This document shows, in pieces, positions 23,430 through 37,472 of a stretch of 64,000 nucleotides of DNA. The notes under the pieces were generated by a model that was given only the letters and a program-made list of their open reading frames with translations, was not told where the DNA came from and did no database searches. Position numbers and translations under genes: made by a program. How positions within the stretch are numbered: position 1 is the stretch's first letter; the number at the start of each line of letters is the position of its first letter. The DNA lies in contig JAQGDQ010000093.1 in the NCBI GenBank assembly GCA_030141605.1, positions 496,001 through 560,000 on the forward strand. The letters are read 5' to 3'. The stretch comes from Tubiluchus corallicola. Lineage: Eukaryota; Animalia; Priapulida.

Positions 23430-23808
23430 CGTGCAAGAGAAGAAAGGAAGGAAAAGATGGATTCAAGGAAGGAAGAAAAAAGAGAACACAGCAATAAGGG
23501 GAAGAAATGGATAGAAAAAAATGTAGAAAGAGAAGCCCAAGTAAAAAGAGAAAACAAAAGCAGTGAGAACGAGAAAAAAGTAGAGAGGGAAGAAAAGAAA
23601 GAAAATCTGAAACAGAGAGAGAAAAAGAGAAAGGGAGTGAGAAGAGAAAGAGAGAAAGGGAGTGAGAGAAAGGGGGATAAAGAAAGAGGAGACAAAAAGG
23701 AAGAGGAGAGAGAAAGAAAGAAGGAAAGAGGAGAGAAAGACAGAAAGAGCGAGAGAGAGAGAAAGAAAGAAAAAGAGAAAAAGAGAGCGAGAGAGAAAGA
23801 AGGAGGAG

Positions 23809-23885
<77 letters not shown>
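23430..23885. repeat. Purine-rich low-complexity tract ending in (GA)n
   Basis: Visible directly in the sequence. Confidence 0.95.
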
Positions 23886-23887
<2 letters not shown>

Positions 23888-24171
23888 TAAGATTTGTGCT
23901 GTATTTAAGTGAACGAAACTTAAAAAGCCTTCATACTGTTGATTTTTTCACTGAGCAAGTTTTTGTTTCACATGGGAAAATACCAAGCAACCACAAAAAC
24001 CGCGAAAATAAACACGTGGTTTTCACATGTTGCATACAAGTAAAAAATTTAATGTCAATTTAACAGCTTACCAGATGAACTACGTTTAGTATGTAGTAGC
24101 AAGTTCATGAATAGTAGCAATGTAAAAATGATTTTACTATGAATTTAATAAAGAAGAATGTTGTTTGGTAA

Positions 24172-24681
24172 CAGTGGCGGCCGGTAGCTAAAATTAGTGG
24201 GATGCTGGAAAATTGAACTTTTTAGCCGTTGGTTTAATACTGTTTAAAACGAAACAAACATGTAATTATAATGTTGTAATTTTAACCAAACAAACTAATT
24301 TAAACATAACCTTGATAAACTCCTAAACAAAAAATATTGTTTTCTTATGAATAGCCTAAATTGTCTCAGTTCAAGAATATGCCGATACACGGCTTTTAAG
24401 CACGTGACAACTAACAACACACATTGCGTGAGAGACAGTACTCTTTCTACCTAAAGTACAGCGTCTTATCTCAGACATGTGTGCATGGCCGCATGCGCAC
24501 AGCAGCCAACCAGCACGTTGTGAAGTAAATTGTACTTCCTTCACATGCTCCGGTTTCATAAAAGTATAAAGAAAGAACTAAAGAAAAAAGACTTATTATA
24601 TTAAATATTATGGAATGGACAATACTGAGTGAAAACAGGGGGTGCTGCAGTATAACAGTATCTATACACAAGCCGCCACTG
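24172..24681 (+). mobile_element. hAT MITE, family D
   Basis: TIR CAGTGGCGGC and perfect 8-bp TSD TTTGGTAA. Confidence 0.9.
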
Positions 24682-24789
24682 TTTGGTAATTACTCTTATA
24701 CACTGCCTACAACATCAAGATTGTCATCATTTCGATTTCATCATTGCCGTAATCCTCTTCGCCGCCATCGTCACCGTTACGCTTGTTAC

Positions 24790-25265
24790 TACGGCAGAAC
24801 AATTTCTACCAGAAAGCGAATTCGAATCTAATCGAATTTGTGACTTTCGAACTTGAATGAAATCGAATTTCAGTATTTTTGAATCCGAATCGAATTCGAT
24901 TACAGTTTTTAGGATTGTCGAATATATTTTCGAAATACTGATAAAAAGTGGTCTCACGAGGATCATACAAGTTACTTCATTTCGTTCCGTAGTAAAAATA
25001 CTAATAATTTTCTTAAAATTTATGCACAGAAACGGCAGCTAAATTGTGATTGCTGATTGCACGACGTTTCAAACGTTTTAATGATAAAAAACGTACGTAG
25101 TTCAAGCGCTGAATTATTCGAATCTATAATGTAGGTTCGAATCCAATTCAAAATAAATAAATACGCCCAAATCGGATTCGAAATAAATAAATAAATACGT
25201 TTATATCGAAATCGAAATGAATAAATACGCTCAAACCGAATTCGAACGTTGGATGCTTACAACTA
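24790..25265 (+). mobile_element. hAT-like MITE, family C
   Basis: Body matches 18251-18714. Degenerate TSD CTTGTTAC/TTTATTAC. Confidence 0.72.
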
Positions 25266-25847
25266 TTTATTACATTCGCCTCTTGACGCTGATATCATCA
25301 TCATCATCGTCATCACCGTCGTCGTCGCCAATGTCATCACTATGACCATACCGACGTCAGTCCAGTAATTTATGATCGAAGCATAATTTGAATGTGATTA
25401 TCACCCAGTACTTACAATTTTGAAGAAACGAAATAATGAAACTTAGCACCACTGGCCCTCTGTGACACACTTTAAAGCCCATTTTTCAATGACGCACCAT
25501 AAAAGTCTCATTTGCATTAATTTTCTTCTCATATCTATGGCCTGGCAAGCCAAAGACGGTGCACCGTTTCACATAATTGTCGCCGAGTGTTTCGCCTCCT
25601 GGGTCATTAATAATTAATTTTGCCAAGACAAAATTCCACAGGGCTATTAGATAAATGAGTATTTATGCGTTACAGGCCGATGTGTAAGAGCATTCGGCCA
25701 TTAAATATAAGGTTGTAAAATATGATGTGAATTGGTTGAGTCAGCTCGTAAAAACGGTTGGGTTTCAGATAGTGCAGAGCTATAAAATAGAGACGTTTCA
25801 AGTGTGAATGTTAGTGTATACGTGTCTGAGAGAGTACAAAGAAAAAC

Positions 25848-25958
<111 letters not shown>

Positions 25959-26867
25959 GGTTGTATTGTACCTCATAAGTACTATTGTTGCTTGTTGCGC
26001 TTCATGCTCAATCACCACTTAGCATTTTCTCTGATTTCAGTTTTTGTTTCATCAGCCAACCTCCTGCCTGTAATTACTTGCACACGGGGAGATTGAAACA
26101 CTCATTTTGTAAGCACGTAACCTCTTTTTAAGACAAACATTTTCTCAAAAACTGACAAAATTTATAACAGTTAATAAATAATAGATATTATATTAAAACA
26201 ATGTTTTGTGCCTTCCACAAAGCTCTGTCAGCAGCTGTAGTTGTCGCTGTCGTTGTAGTTTCTAAAATTTTATGATGGTCTTATAAGACAAGAAAGTAAA
26301 TAAATAAATGACAACGACGATAACGATGGTGGTGACAATGATGATGATGATGATAACGATGATAATGATGACGATGATGGCGATAATTAAAACGAACACT
26401 GCAAAGCGGAGAAACAGGCATGCCTGTGTTGCCACCTAGTAACAAACTGTAGCAACTTCACAAGAGAATTGACATTTAATTGTTGTATATTTCATCTCAA
26501 CGATTCAACCAGCTGAGTTAATGCTGATCCTAAATCCAGTCATAAATCATTCTGTAGTTTTAATTTCATTCTGACTCATCTCGTCTGACCAAATTAATCA
26601 CTAACGCTTATAAAACAAGAGAACATTAAATTTCATTCTGGGGATATTTCATTTGCACGATGAATCTGATCAGATGGCGGTGACAGGCTTCGTCAATAGT
26701 AGATTTTAGGGGCAGTGAAAATGTTGTTCGGAAAGCGATGCCTAAAATTTTAAACCTGTCTCTGGTGCAGTGTAGTTTTGTCCTCTTGTTGTTGCTGATG
26801 CTTGCATTTGCTTCATCATGATCACGATCATAATTATCAGTATCAATCCTCGTCATATCATCATCAT

Positions 26868-27110
26868 GGTTGTTGTTGTTGTTGTTCTTGTTGCTGCTGC
26901 TGTTGTGATTATTGTTGTTACTGTTTTTTTTGTTGCTCTAGTTGTTGTTGGTATTGTTGGGTTGTTGGTGTTGTTGTCGTTGTTGTTGTTGTTATTGTTG
27001 TTGTTGTTGTGTCGATGTCGTTGTTGTTGTTGTTGTTATGTCGATGTCGTTGTTTGTGTTGTTGTTGTCGATGTCGTTGGGTTATTGTTGTTGTTGTTTG
27101 TTGTTGTTTC
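26868..27110. repeat. Imperfect (GTT)n microsatellite
   Basis: Visible directly in the sequence. Confidence 0.95.
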
Positions 27111-27689
27111 TGACGCTAGCACTGCTACACAGATGACCTAGGTAATATACTAGTTGAAGCAAAGTGTCACCTTTAATGATGCATCTCTTATTTATTGCGC
27201 AGATTTTAACAGCTATTAATTAGCTACGTCACACGGCAGCTGTCCGCTGATTCACATTTTAATTAAATTGCTGCCTTTAATCACCTATTTTAATATAGTT
27301 TCCCAAGTTAAAGTCAGGTAGCGTTCTACACAACAGCTAAAGTTCCTGCAGCTGAAGTTAATGCTCCAACGATTAAACGTCTAATCGAAACGAATGGCTT
27401 CGTGATAATGAAGTTTTCATAGCAAAGAGGATTTACATCCGGTAGCTCTTCCGCCTCCTGCAGAGGACGGATTAGATAGCGAAATTTGCAGTAGAAATTA
27501 TTGCTTTCAGCTGTGATAAATTAAAGTTACAGCCGTTAATTGAAATTAGTGTTGCCTAGCGATGCTTCAGCTTTAAGTTTTGCAATTTGAAGATCTTTTT
27601 TTGTTTTTTGTGTAAAGCGTTTTTCTGTTATTTTGAAGATCAGGTTAGCCTTGGAGGTCTTAATAATTTATTAATCATAAATCAGTTAG

Positions 27690-27810
27690 CATCATCCTCG
27701 TCAATTTCATCGCCAATGTTATCACCGTCATCATCATTTTAGCTGTCATAATCATCACCGTTATCATCATCTTGTCATCATGATCACCATCATGATCACC
27801 ACCATCATTA

Positions 27811-27844
<34 letters not shown>

Positions 27845-27895
27845 GATCATGATCATGATCATTATCATGATCATCATCATTATCATTATCACCAC

Positions 27896-27933
<38 letters not shown>

Positions 27934-28019
27934 CCGCTAGTATCAACATCATCGTCAACACCACCATCACCACCACCAGCATCATCATCATCATCACCAC
28001 CACCACCATCAGCATAATC

Positions 28020-28051
<32 letters not shown>

Positions 28052-28075
28052 ATCATTATCATCATCATCATCATC
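27690..28075. repeat. Imperfect (CAT/CAC)n microsatellite
   Basis: Visible directly in the sequence. Confidence 0.95.
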
Positions 28076-28269
28076 TCTTATTTCTCTTTAGTTTTTCTCT
28101 TATTTTGCTCTTGTTTTTCTACAGTAAATTTCGTAAACCGTTTTTCTTCAAATATTTTATGTATTTTCAATTGATAAAAATGATTTCAATGCTGTAAATG
28201 CTAATTCTTTTACTCTCATTACCTGGGAATATAACTAGCTGTTTTTTGACGAAATGTTTCTCTTTGTTA

Positions 28270-28519
28270 CACATTGAGCGCTGTTGTTCGTTCGCGTGGC
28301 TCGGATTCACTTCCTCAACTCCCCCCTCCCCCGCATGTGAAATGGTACCGACTGGGAGATACTTTATCCGGCGAGTGCAAAGCATCAGCAACATTTCGCT
28401 TATTGCTGTGCTGCAGCGACGCTGATTGATTTGTGTCTTCAACGTTTCAATTTGTTGTGAAAGTTTAACGCTGCTTGTCGAGGATAAGTAGATTTGAGTT
28501 GACCGGGAAGTTGGAAAAG
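28270..28519 (+). other. Candidate promoter and non-coding first exon
   Basis: CpG-enriched unique stretch with CACTTCC and CCCCCTCCCC motifs, ending in a strong donor AAG|GTAAGA at 28520. Confidence 0.35.
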
Positions 28520-28557
28520 GTAAGAATTAGTTTAATTACTACTGTGATAATTATTAC

Positions 28558-29071
28558 CAGGGTTTCCACAGAATTTTAAGATAAATTTCCCTGACTTTTC
28601 CCTCACCAAGATAAGCAAAAATTGCATTACTAGTATACATATCCAAACATTTTTGTGTACAGACATTCATACATTATGCTGATATATAATGTGTCTGCAC
28701 AGTTGCAGTAGTGCTAAAGAAATTACACTAATCACATTAAATAAACTTTCTTAATCCAATCATTATTAAGAATCACTGGAAAATATGCTTGGAAAAATAT
28801 TGGTTCTTGGTGATTATTCTTGCAACCCTTTCCATTTTCCCTGACTTTTTACCAAATTAGCTTTTTCCATGAATTTCCAGAATAACGTGTATTTCCAAGA
28901 ATTTGCCAGGATTTTTCCTGACCGCAGAACGCTGCATTACATTTTCCCGACCTGCATCATCATTTCGATGACTGTTTACCAAATTACGCTTTTCCCTGGG
29001 TTTTTCCTGACTTTCCAGGATAGCCTGTATTTTCAAGGATATGCCAGGATTTTTCCTGAGCGTGGAACCCT
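28558..29071. mobile_element. Non-autonomous DNA element with CAGGGTT termini
   Basis: CAGGGTTTCCAC...GTGGAACCCT, TATTAC on both flanks, and TTCCCTGAC subrepeats. Confidence 0.7.
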
Positions 29072-29092
29072 CTATTACATGCTCGCTATTTG

Positions 29093-29404
29093 AAGGGCCT
29101 GATTATTCTGTAGGCTAGTATAAGCTCAAACTTGGGGAGCCTTGAAGCTTTGGTAAAATTTGCTAAAGAATCTGTTTTTTCCCTACGATTGTGTTGAAAT
29201 ATGTGATAATTTGTTTTTCCAATAAATAGTACAACAGTGGTATTTCTTAAACAATATTCTTATTGACAAATCAAAGTTAGCTTTTCAAGTTTATAAAGTT
29301 TATTTTAATTTACATCAGTAAAAATATTCAAGGCGGGTGCGGGCGAGTTAAAGGCCCCATAATTTCATTAGCCTAGGGCCCCAAAAGGTCATGACCCGGT
29401 CATG
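29093..29404. mobile_element. hAT (Tip100-like) element, same family as 21641-21998
   Basis: Colinear similarity to 21641-21998 (AATCTGTTTTTT, AAAAATATTCAA, GAGTTAA). Confidence 0.55.
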
Positions 29405-30019
29405 AATGCTTGCACTGATAATACTGTAGTGGTAAGAAAAGGTGTAGGATAAAACATAATGTTCCATTACGGCAATATTGTGGTTTAAGAGTTCCTAGTT
29501 CAAATCCATTATTGGTTAACAATTATTCTCTTTTTCGTCATGTTTAATTAAGTAGTTTGAACCAAAGTTTTTTGTTGAAAACGTTAATTCATTCCGACAA
29601 TGTTTACTGGAGAAAAGCATCGATTTTAAATGAACAGATTAGAACATAATTTAATCTTTAAATGCTTATGCATTGCTAGAATCATTTACTAATTCATCCG
29701 AAGCCTCGTGTAGACAATTGTTTTAAACCCCATAGTTTCGATTTCTAAATTTAAATTTTGAATTTTAGTCAGAGAGACAAAATTGCGATGATTCATCATA
29801 ATCAAATTCTCATTTGCTGTAGACATTGAGGCATTACCATTTCAAAGTACCCCGTCCACTTCTAAATGCGGTTAACAGTGTGAGTTCTTCTACTTCTAAA
29901 ACTAGGTTTGGTTGGAATTTTTGTATACATTTATTTGTCTTAGCTAAGCTTATCCAAGTTGTTTTTGGTTTAGCAGGTGGTTTTTTGCAAGGTTTTAGGG
30001 CTTCAAAAGAAGGTAGTGT

Positions 30020-30238
30020 GTAATTATCATCTTCATCATCAGCATTATCATCATCATCATCATCTTAGTTATGAACATTACGTCTATTGCAGACATTCTA
30101 AGATAAAAGAAATCTGCCCTCAAGACAGTTAAACACAACATTAATCCAGCAAAAAACTGGACACTGCTATGCTAGTGGCTTGTCAGCACCACTTCCGACA
30201 AAAGTTATATTGCATCATCGTCATCGTCGTTGTCGTCG

Positions 30239-30306
<68 letters not shown>

Positions 30307-30690
30307 GTCATTGTCGTCGTCATTATCGTCATCATCATCATCATATGCCCATTACGTCAGCTGTAGACATTGGGCAGGCAGAATTCTAAAATAAATATAC
30401 CTTCAAGACAGTTAAACACGACATTAATCCAGCAAAAAACTAGACACTGCTATGCTAGTGGCTTGTCAGCACCACTTCCGACAAAAGTTACATTGCATCA
30501 TCGTCATGGTCGTTGTCGCAGTCATCATCATCATCATCGTCGTCGTCCTCACCATCATCATCATACTGTAGACATTGGGCAGGCAGAATTTTAAAATAAA
30601 TCTACCTTCAAGATAGGTAAACACAGCATTAATCCAACAAAAAACTAGACACTGCTATGCCAGTAATTGTCAGCACCACTTCCGAGTTAA
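30020..30690. repeat. Three copies of a ~130-bp unit separated by (CAT)n tracts
   Basis: GACACTGCTATGCTAGTGGCTTGTCAGCACCACTTCCGA recurs near 30160, 30443 and 30648. Confidence 0.9.
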
Positions 30691-31039
30691 GGTTACACTC
30701 ACTGCAATGATTACATATTCCCTTGTTTTGACTGCATGCGCCAAAACAACATGCACTACCTTTTTATGCTCACGTCGTGTTGTTCTTATTCAGTTCATTT
30801 TGCCGCATAAATCCTTTATTAGTGGCAGAAAAACACAACAGCAAAAATGTATTTTCCTCACTCAGCGATGCTATATTCTGAGAGTTCCAAGTTCAAACAC
30901 GTAACTGCGATTATTTTTTTTCTCGTCTTTAATGACTGGGACAGCAAGCGAGTGAAAAGATTTTTGCACGTTAAAGAAAACAGCCAAAAAGACTTTTCAG
31001 ATAGTTTCTCCACAAGCCTTTCCAAATGGCCTCTCTTTG

Positions 31040-31052
31040 TCTGTCTGTCTGT

Positions 31053-31131
<79 letters not shown>

Positions 31132-31181
31132 TTCTCTCTCTTTTTTATTTCTGTCTCTCTCTCTCCCCCTCTCTCTTTCTC

Positions 31182-31266
<85 letters not shown>

Positions 31267-31322
31267 TTCTCTCTCTTTTTTATTTCTTTCTCTCTCCCCC
31301 CTCTCTCTTTCTCTCCCCTCTT

Positions 31323-31356
<34 letters not shown>

Positions 31357-31366
31357 CCTCTCTATT

Positions 31367-31400
<34 letters not shown>

Positions 31401-31435
31401 CCTTTCTCTCTCTTCCCCTTTCTCTCTCGCCCTCT
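31040..31435. repeat. (CT)n compound microsatellite
   Basis: Visible directly in the sequence. Confidence 0.97.
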
Positions 31436-31934
31436 TACTGTAAACTTTGATGACATACATCTTTGAAGCAAAGCATTTGGGTTTGCTGGACAACCATACA
31501 ATGGTATTAGCAGCCTTACGAATGAATTATTAGCAATTATTAATGCTAATTTACGTAAATTTTGTCTTACGGGATCGACAGTAGTGAATAATTAACGTTG
31601 TAATAATCACGAATGCGTGTATAATCTGATAAAATCGTACAGGTACTTTGAACGGCCGCTAGGGACCGCTGGATGTCGCTGCGTCGTTTATTTCATCTGT
31701 ATTATAATTGCCTTGCTGACCACCGTACTGCATGCGCTCCTGCCCGTGGCTAATGCTGCAAGAACGAAAAGGATTTTATTAATTTCAGAGGTTTTTGAAT
31801 TAGTTTAATAAGAGTTTTGTAAATGTTTGATGTGCGAGGTACTGAATGACTTGTTGAGTTAGATTTTTCTTTTAAAAACTGCTCAGTAAGATCTCCTGTT
31901 GAAGTACGCTAGTTTTTTTCTTGAAAGGAATTTA

Positions 31935-32422
31935 TTGAGGACAGGAGAGAAGAGGAGAAAAGAGAAGAGAAGACAAGAGAAAGGAAGCGAAGAGAAAGGA
32001 AGAGAAAAAAGAGGAGAGAAGAGAAGAGAAAGAAGAGAAGAGAAAGAAAGGGAAGCGAAAAGAAGAGAAGAGAAAGGAGAGAAGAGAAGAGGAGAGGAGA
32101 GGAGAGAAAGGAGGAGAACAGAAAAGAAGAGAAGAGAGGAAGAGGGGAGAATAGGAAAAAAGAGAAATAAAGAGAAGAGAAAGGAGGAGAAGAGAAAAGA
32201 AGAGGAGAGAGGAGGAGGGGAGAATAGGAGAGAAGAGAAGACAAGAGAAGATATGAGGAGGGCAGAATAGGAGAGAAGAGAAGAGGAGAGAAGAGAAGAG
32301 AAGAGAAGAGAGAAGGAGGGGAGAATAAGAGAGAAGAGAAGAGGAGAAAATAGGAGAGAAGAGAGGAGGAGGGAGAATAGGAGAAGGGAAGAGAAGTGAA
32401 GAGAAGAGAAAAGAACAGAAGA
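31935..32422. repeat. Purine-rich (GAGAA-type) low-complexity tract
   Basis: Visible directly in the sequence. Confidence 0.95.
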
Positions 32423-32469
32423 ATATTTTTGTGTGCGTTTAAGCTGTTGAGTGCGCTTAGCTGTATGAA

Positions 32470-32775
32470 ATACTAATTTACTGGTAAAAATTCTTAATAA
32501 TTTAATATATTCGCATAACCTGGTAAAACGGCACTGTATCACCATCCCAGTGTGCACCACTGATTCACCAAAAACACATCTTATTGACAAGATAAAGTTA
32601 TTTATACATTTGCTTAGTTATTGAAGAGTGTGCTACGAAAGCTCTGATTATTTTTTCAAACTTTGCGCAATGTTATCAAAAATGGCTTCAAAAGACTTAC
32701 CGTTAACGTGGCCGCACCTGACAGTCATCGTCATATTTATAAAGTGCTTTGTTGTGCTATAAAAAGTGTCAGACA
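32470..32775 (+). mobile_element. Fragment related to TTAA family B
   Basis: CCCAGTGTGCACCACTGATTCACCAA and GCTCTGATTATTTTTTCAAAC are shared with 51329-51790 and 52931-53598. Confidence 0.6.
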
Positions 32776-33217
32776 ACATAGACTTGTTAAATGTGTACAA
32801 ATTTCACACACCCATCTTATCAATGCCCCAGCTAGCACCTTCCTCTTCTGTCTTGGCAACGGGAAGCTGGGATCAATTGCACGTAGAGCGTAGTTGTAAG
32901 TTGTGGAATCTCTCAAATAATTAAATATTAAAGAGAGGAGTAACGAAGACTTTGTTAATTATTACGCTAGAGAAGTTAGTTCCACTAAGTGGGAAATTTG
33001 GTCACGTGATGCTAACAGATTCAGGTGCCAATTATGTATACGATAGCGCTTAGATTTTTAAATTATTAATCATAAAGAAAAGTTGACATCTTCGAACTTG
33101 ACGTACCCCATTTCTAATATTGAAAGATGTGAATTGACTACCTAACTAACTGATCGACCAATCTGCTGACCAACGTAAAACAAACCGCATCGTAATTTTT
33201 TTTATATTACTTTGCAT

Positions 33218-33586
33218 TAGGGGTGAGCATTCTCTACCAGAAAGCGAACTCGAATTGAATTTGTGACTTGCGAACTCGAATCGAACGGAATTTCAGTAAT
33301 TCGAATCGGAAATGGGTTTGAAAGATTTTCGAACAAGTTTTCGAATCAGTATTACTTGATTTTGTTCAGGAGTAAAACGACAATTAGTTTGTTAAAATTT
33401 TATCACAGAAAATGTAACTAAATTGCGCTAATTGCATGCTGTTTCAAACATTTTAATGATAAAGAACGTATGTGGCTGAAGTGGCGAATTATTCGAATCT
33501 ATAATTTTAGGTTCGAATCGAGGTCGAACTAAAAAAACTTGCGGCAACGGGAACGTTCGAACTCGAACATTCGAAGCTCGCCCCTA
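33218..33586 (+). mobile_element. hAT-like MITE, family C
   Basis: TIR TAGGGGTGAGC / GCTCGCCCCTA and perfect 8-bp TSD CTTTGCAT. Confidence 0.9.
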
Positions 33587-33945
33587 CTTTGCATAATAAT
33601 CATGGTTTCGAAACCTTCATCTAAACTTGCAGCCATTTTGTTTTCTCATTGTTCGCAAACGACAGTTTTGCACAGAAACGCAGCTACCTTGTTTTAGACG
33701 AATTTCTTTGATAAATTCTCGCGAACATTGCGAATCTAGAAGATTTATGGTCATATCTTTGCAGTTATACGGCTGCCTGGACTGCGCAGCTCCATATTTT
33801 ATACTGATAAACCATCTCGCAAGACAGTGAAGAAGAGATCCTTCGGACTATAAATTATCCTCTTCTCACATTGTAACTGCAGGAATGCAGTCGGCAGAGT
33901 GCGCGAATTGCGAATATGCGCATTCTGAAAATAATTAAAACAATA

Positions 33946-34531
33946 TTAAAGCAAAACTAGACCCAATCTTAAACTGCAGGTCAGAATAGCGTACTTTGTA
34001 AAATATTGAAAGGAAACATGCATTCAAAAATGACTTACATGAAAAAATTATTACCACACAAACACAATTTCGCATTCACGCCACTAATTCTTCACTGTTA
34101 CATGCATTTCGCCATTCTCTAGTTAGACTAGCGCCTGCATTTCGGAAACGAATTGCACAAAAACATGTGCTGCACATCTCAGTTCAGATGTGTTAGTTTG
34201 TGACTAACTACACAAGTTCCGCAGCTCATGCGTGAGCACAGCGGTAAATTTAAAATTTAAATTTTTAGCTTAAAACTTGCCTAGATTTAGTACAGCACAC
34301 TCACAGTAGCACTGTACTTTAATTTTCACTTTCATAAACACGTGAAACACGCTCGTGGAATATTTTTATGTGATGTCATCAGTAGTTGGGCTCGTCCGCC
34401 GTTAATTAAGTTTTTACTCTATTATTTAATTATCAGAAACGCTTTTGCAGTATTAATTGTGTTAAAATGTATACTTTTTATCGGGCTTGAAAATGAGGTA
34501 GTATATGAAAAACCATCCTGTCTTCCTTTAA
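33946..34531 (+). mobile_element. TTAA family A element (Kolobok/T2-MITE-like), both ends present
   Basis: TTAA-AGCAAAACTAGAC...CCTGTCTTCCT-TTAA. Confidence 0.85.
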
Positions 34532-34986
34532 ATAATTATTACAGTTTATTTTCATTATAGTTTTGCGTTTTTAATTCGAATATACTTCAAATTAAGAATT
34601 CTGCCGCGCGCCGAAAGTCAACCGTCTACTCGCGTTACTTCCTGTCTTCCGCTGTGATGACTAAATTTAATCACCAATAATTGGATTTGACACAAATGTT
34701 CGCCATCTTGGTTCAATTGTAGCCCTAAGTTTAACCACTGGTCAACCAGCTAAATTAAGTTTGTGCAAATTATTTCCCGGAAGATTCTCAGCTGAACTTA
34801 CAATCAGCATAAACAAATTGTTTATCTGAGTAATGACCGTCCCTTTAGAGGCGGACACCGCCTAACCATGAGCTCCAAGAGGGGCGTGCCCAGAAAAGGG
34901 AGTGCTTAAATGTGTCATCTATGTTACTGGTTAACTTTGTACTACAGCAATTATTTATGTTTTTTTAACTATACAGTACATAATCA

Positions 34987-35550
34987 TTAAAGCAAAACCG
35001 GACCCAATCTTATTCTGTAGGTCAAAATAATCTACTCTTTAAAATATTGAAAGGAAACATACTAGTTTTAATGAATGACTTATGTGAAACAATTATTACC
35101 ACACAAACACAATTTCACGTTCACGCTACTAGTTCTTCGCTGTTACATGCTTTTCGCCACTCGCTAGTTAGACGGACACTAGCGCCTGCATTTTGGAAAC
35201 GCATTGCACAAAAAGCAGTGCTGCACCTCTCATTTCAGCTATGTTAGTTTGTGAACACATGTTCAACAGCTCAAGCGCGAGCACAGCGGTAAATTTGAAA
35301 TTTGAATTTTTATGTTAAAACTTGCCTAGTTTTAGTACAACACACTGAATGTCTTACAGTAGCACTGCACTTCAATTTTCGCTTTCGCAAACACATGTAA
35401 CACGCTCGTGGAATATTTTTGATGTTGAAAGTTATGTTAGTTTGTGATGTCACAAATAGTTGGGCTAGCCCGCCGTCAATTAAGTTTTTAATCCACTATT
35501 TAATTACCAGAACCGCTTTTGCAATATTAATTTTGTTAAAATGTATATTT
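34987..35550 (+). mobile_element. TTAA family A element, right end missing
   Basis: Starts TTAA-AGCAAAACCGGAC and is colinear with 41967-42586. Confidence 0.82.
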
Positions 35551-36831
35551 TCTACAATGACGCCGCCCTGGTGGTGTTATGGAACTCGTTCAGCAAAGGA
35601 TTTCTTGAATGAGTGAAGTCATTCATCATTTATTCCTACTCTAGGGATTCGTATCTTATATGGGGATTGTGGGAGAGTTAAATTACAGTGTTACTTACGT
35701 TTTGTAAGCAAAGGATCAATACAGCAGCATCCAGCTGTCACTGTTAGTAACACACACTTTCTCTCTCGTCTGTCCTTCCTTCGTTTTTCTGTCCGTCTTT
35801 TCTGTTTATTCTTTTCGTTTTTCTCTCTTGTTCTTTCTTTCTTTCTTACTTCCAACGAACCTTTAATTTCTTTCTTCTCTGATACTGTTCTCTCTATTCT
35901 TTTTTATTTATTTATTTCTTCTTTTTGTTCTTTTTCTTTCTTTAGTTTTATTCCATCTTTTATTTCCTTTCCTTTTCTATCTCTTTGCATCATTTTCTGC
36001 TTTCACGTCTTTTCGTTTAGCCATGTCTTTTTTCTCTTCACTTAGTCATTTATTCCTTATGTTTTTCCTTCTTTGTATTCGTTTTGTTTTCATTCTTCGT
36101 GCTTGCTTTCATGGTTCACTCCTTTCACCTTTCTTCACTCCATTGTTACTTACAGCACGCTTGTATGCTTTTAGTTTCGTCACTGCTGATCGTTACAACA
36201 ATGGAAATATTACATTATTTCTGAAAATGTTTTAAAAGTTTACGCTCATCAAATTATGGAGTGACTTCGTGACCCAATGACGTCATAGCTTGCAAGTGAA
36301 AAATGTCTGCCTTGTGTGGTCAAGTTACGATCACTGTTGAAGTTGTCGTTTCTCTGCTAACGTAAACATAGATGGCAGCATTTAAACATGACTGTCAGCT
36401 GTTGTCGTTAACTCGACCAATTTTTGTTGACAGAGACGATTAGTGAATCTTTGAAAAGAGGCCGTGTCAACAAAGCCGGACAATTTGCCTCCCATCAATC
36501 TCTCCCCTTCTCGTCGTTTATGACTTGTGTCGTTTGCTTTTAATAACACATTAGCACAGAAAGAGGTCCCTACAAGTGAGGTTTAATACCTCATCTCCTT
36601 CATCTGTTGGAGCATTAGTTCCAGTAGATTGTGATGGTGAATTTGTTCAATGGAAATAAATTGAAAGTAAATCACAGTTACAGCGAATTTAATAACTTGT
36701 AAATGACATAAATGGCAACAGTTTCATAATTTGTTTCATTCTCCGTGAATTGCACAATCGAGCAACTTTAATTAAGTAGTAAACAATGGATTACGTAAGT
36801 TGCAGGCTTAATATTTATAATCAACTTTTTC

Positions 36832-37264
36832 TTAAAGAAAGACAGGGTGATTTTTCATATACTACCTCATTTTCAAGTCTGATAAAAAGACACATTTTAA
36901 CACGATTAATACTGCAAAAGCGTTTCTGATAATTAAATAATGGATTAAAAACTTAATCAAGGCGGGCGAGTCTAGCTATTGATGACATCACAAACTAACA
37001 TAATTTTCAACAGCAAAAATATTTCACGAGAGCGTTGCACGTGTTTACGCAATTGAAAATTGCTAAAGTATAGTGCTACTTTAAGATATTCAGTGTGTTG
37101 TACTAAAACTAGGAAGTTTTAAGATAAAATTCAAATTCAAATTTACCGCTGTGCTCACACATGAGCTGTCGAACGTGTGTAGTTCGTCACAAACTAACAC
37201 ATCTGAGCTGAAAAGTACAGCACCCGTTTTAGTGTAATGCGTTTTCGAGATGCAGGCGCTGGTG
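36832..37264 (-). mobile_element. TTAA family A element, partial
   Basis: Starts TTAA-AGAAAGACAGGG and is the reverse complement of the family A right two-thirds. Confidence 0.8.
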
Positions 37265-37472
37265 AAATGACTTACAGTTTCAGATTGGGTCGGGGTTTCC
37301 TTTAAAGAAAGTTCGTTCTTATGACATGACATCATTATCATTCAAAGAATTTAAAAATGTCCTCACTATTTTCCGAATTCACATTTTATAAAGTGGAAAA
37401 ACAGTAAAACGTTCTGGACTAGCTAGATTTTAACACTTCAGTATCACTTAATAGGCGCACAACCTTGTCTTC

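Noticed and set aside
28283-28305. TTGTTCGTTCG resembling miR-375
   Set aside because: Only the 5' half matches the mature sequence as I recall it, and I see no precursor hairpin.
30181-30202. TCAGCACC as a REST/RE1 site
   Set aside because: Only a half-site is present, and it lies inside a tandem repeat unit.
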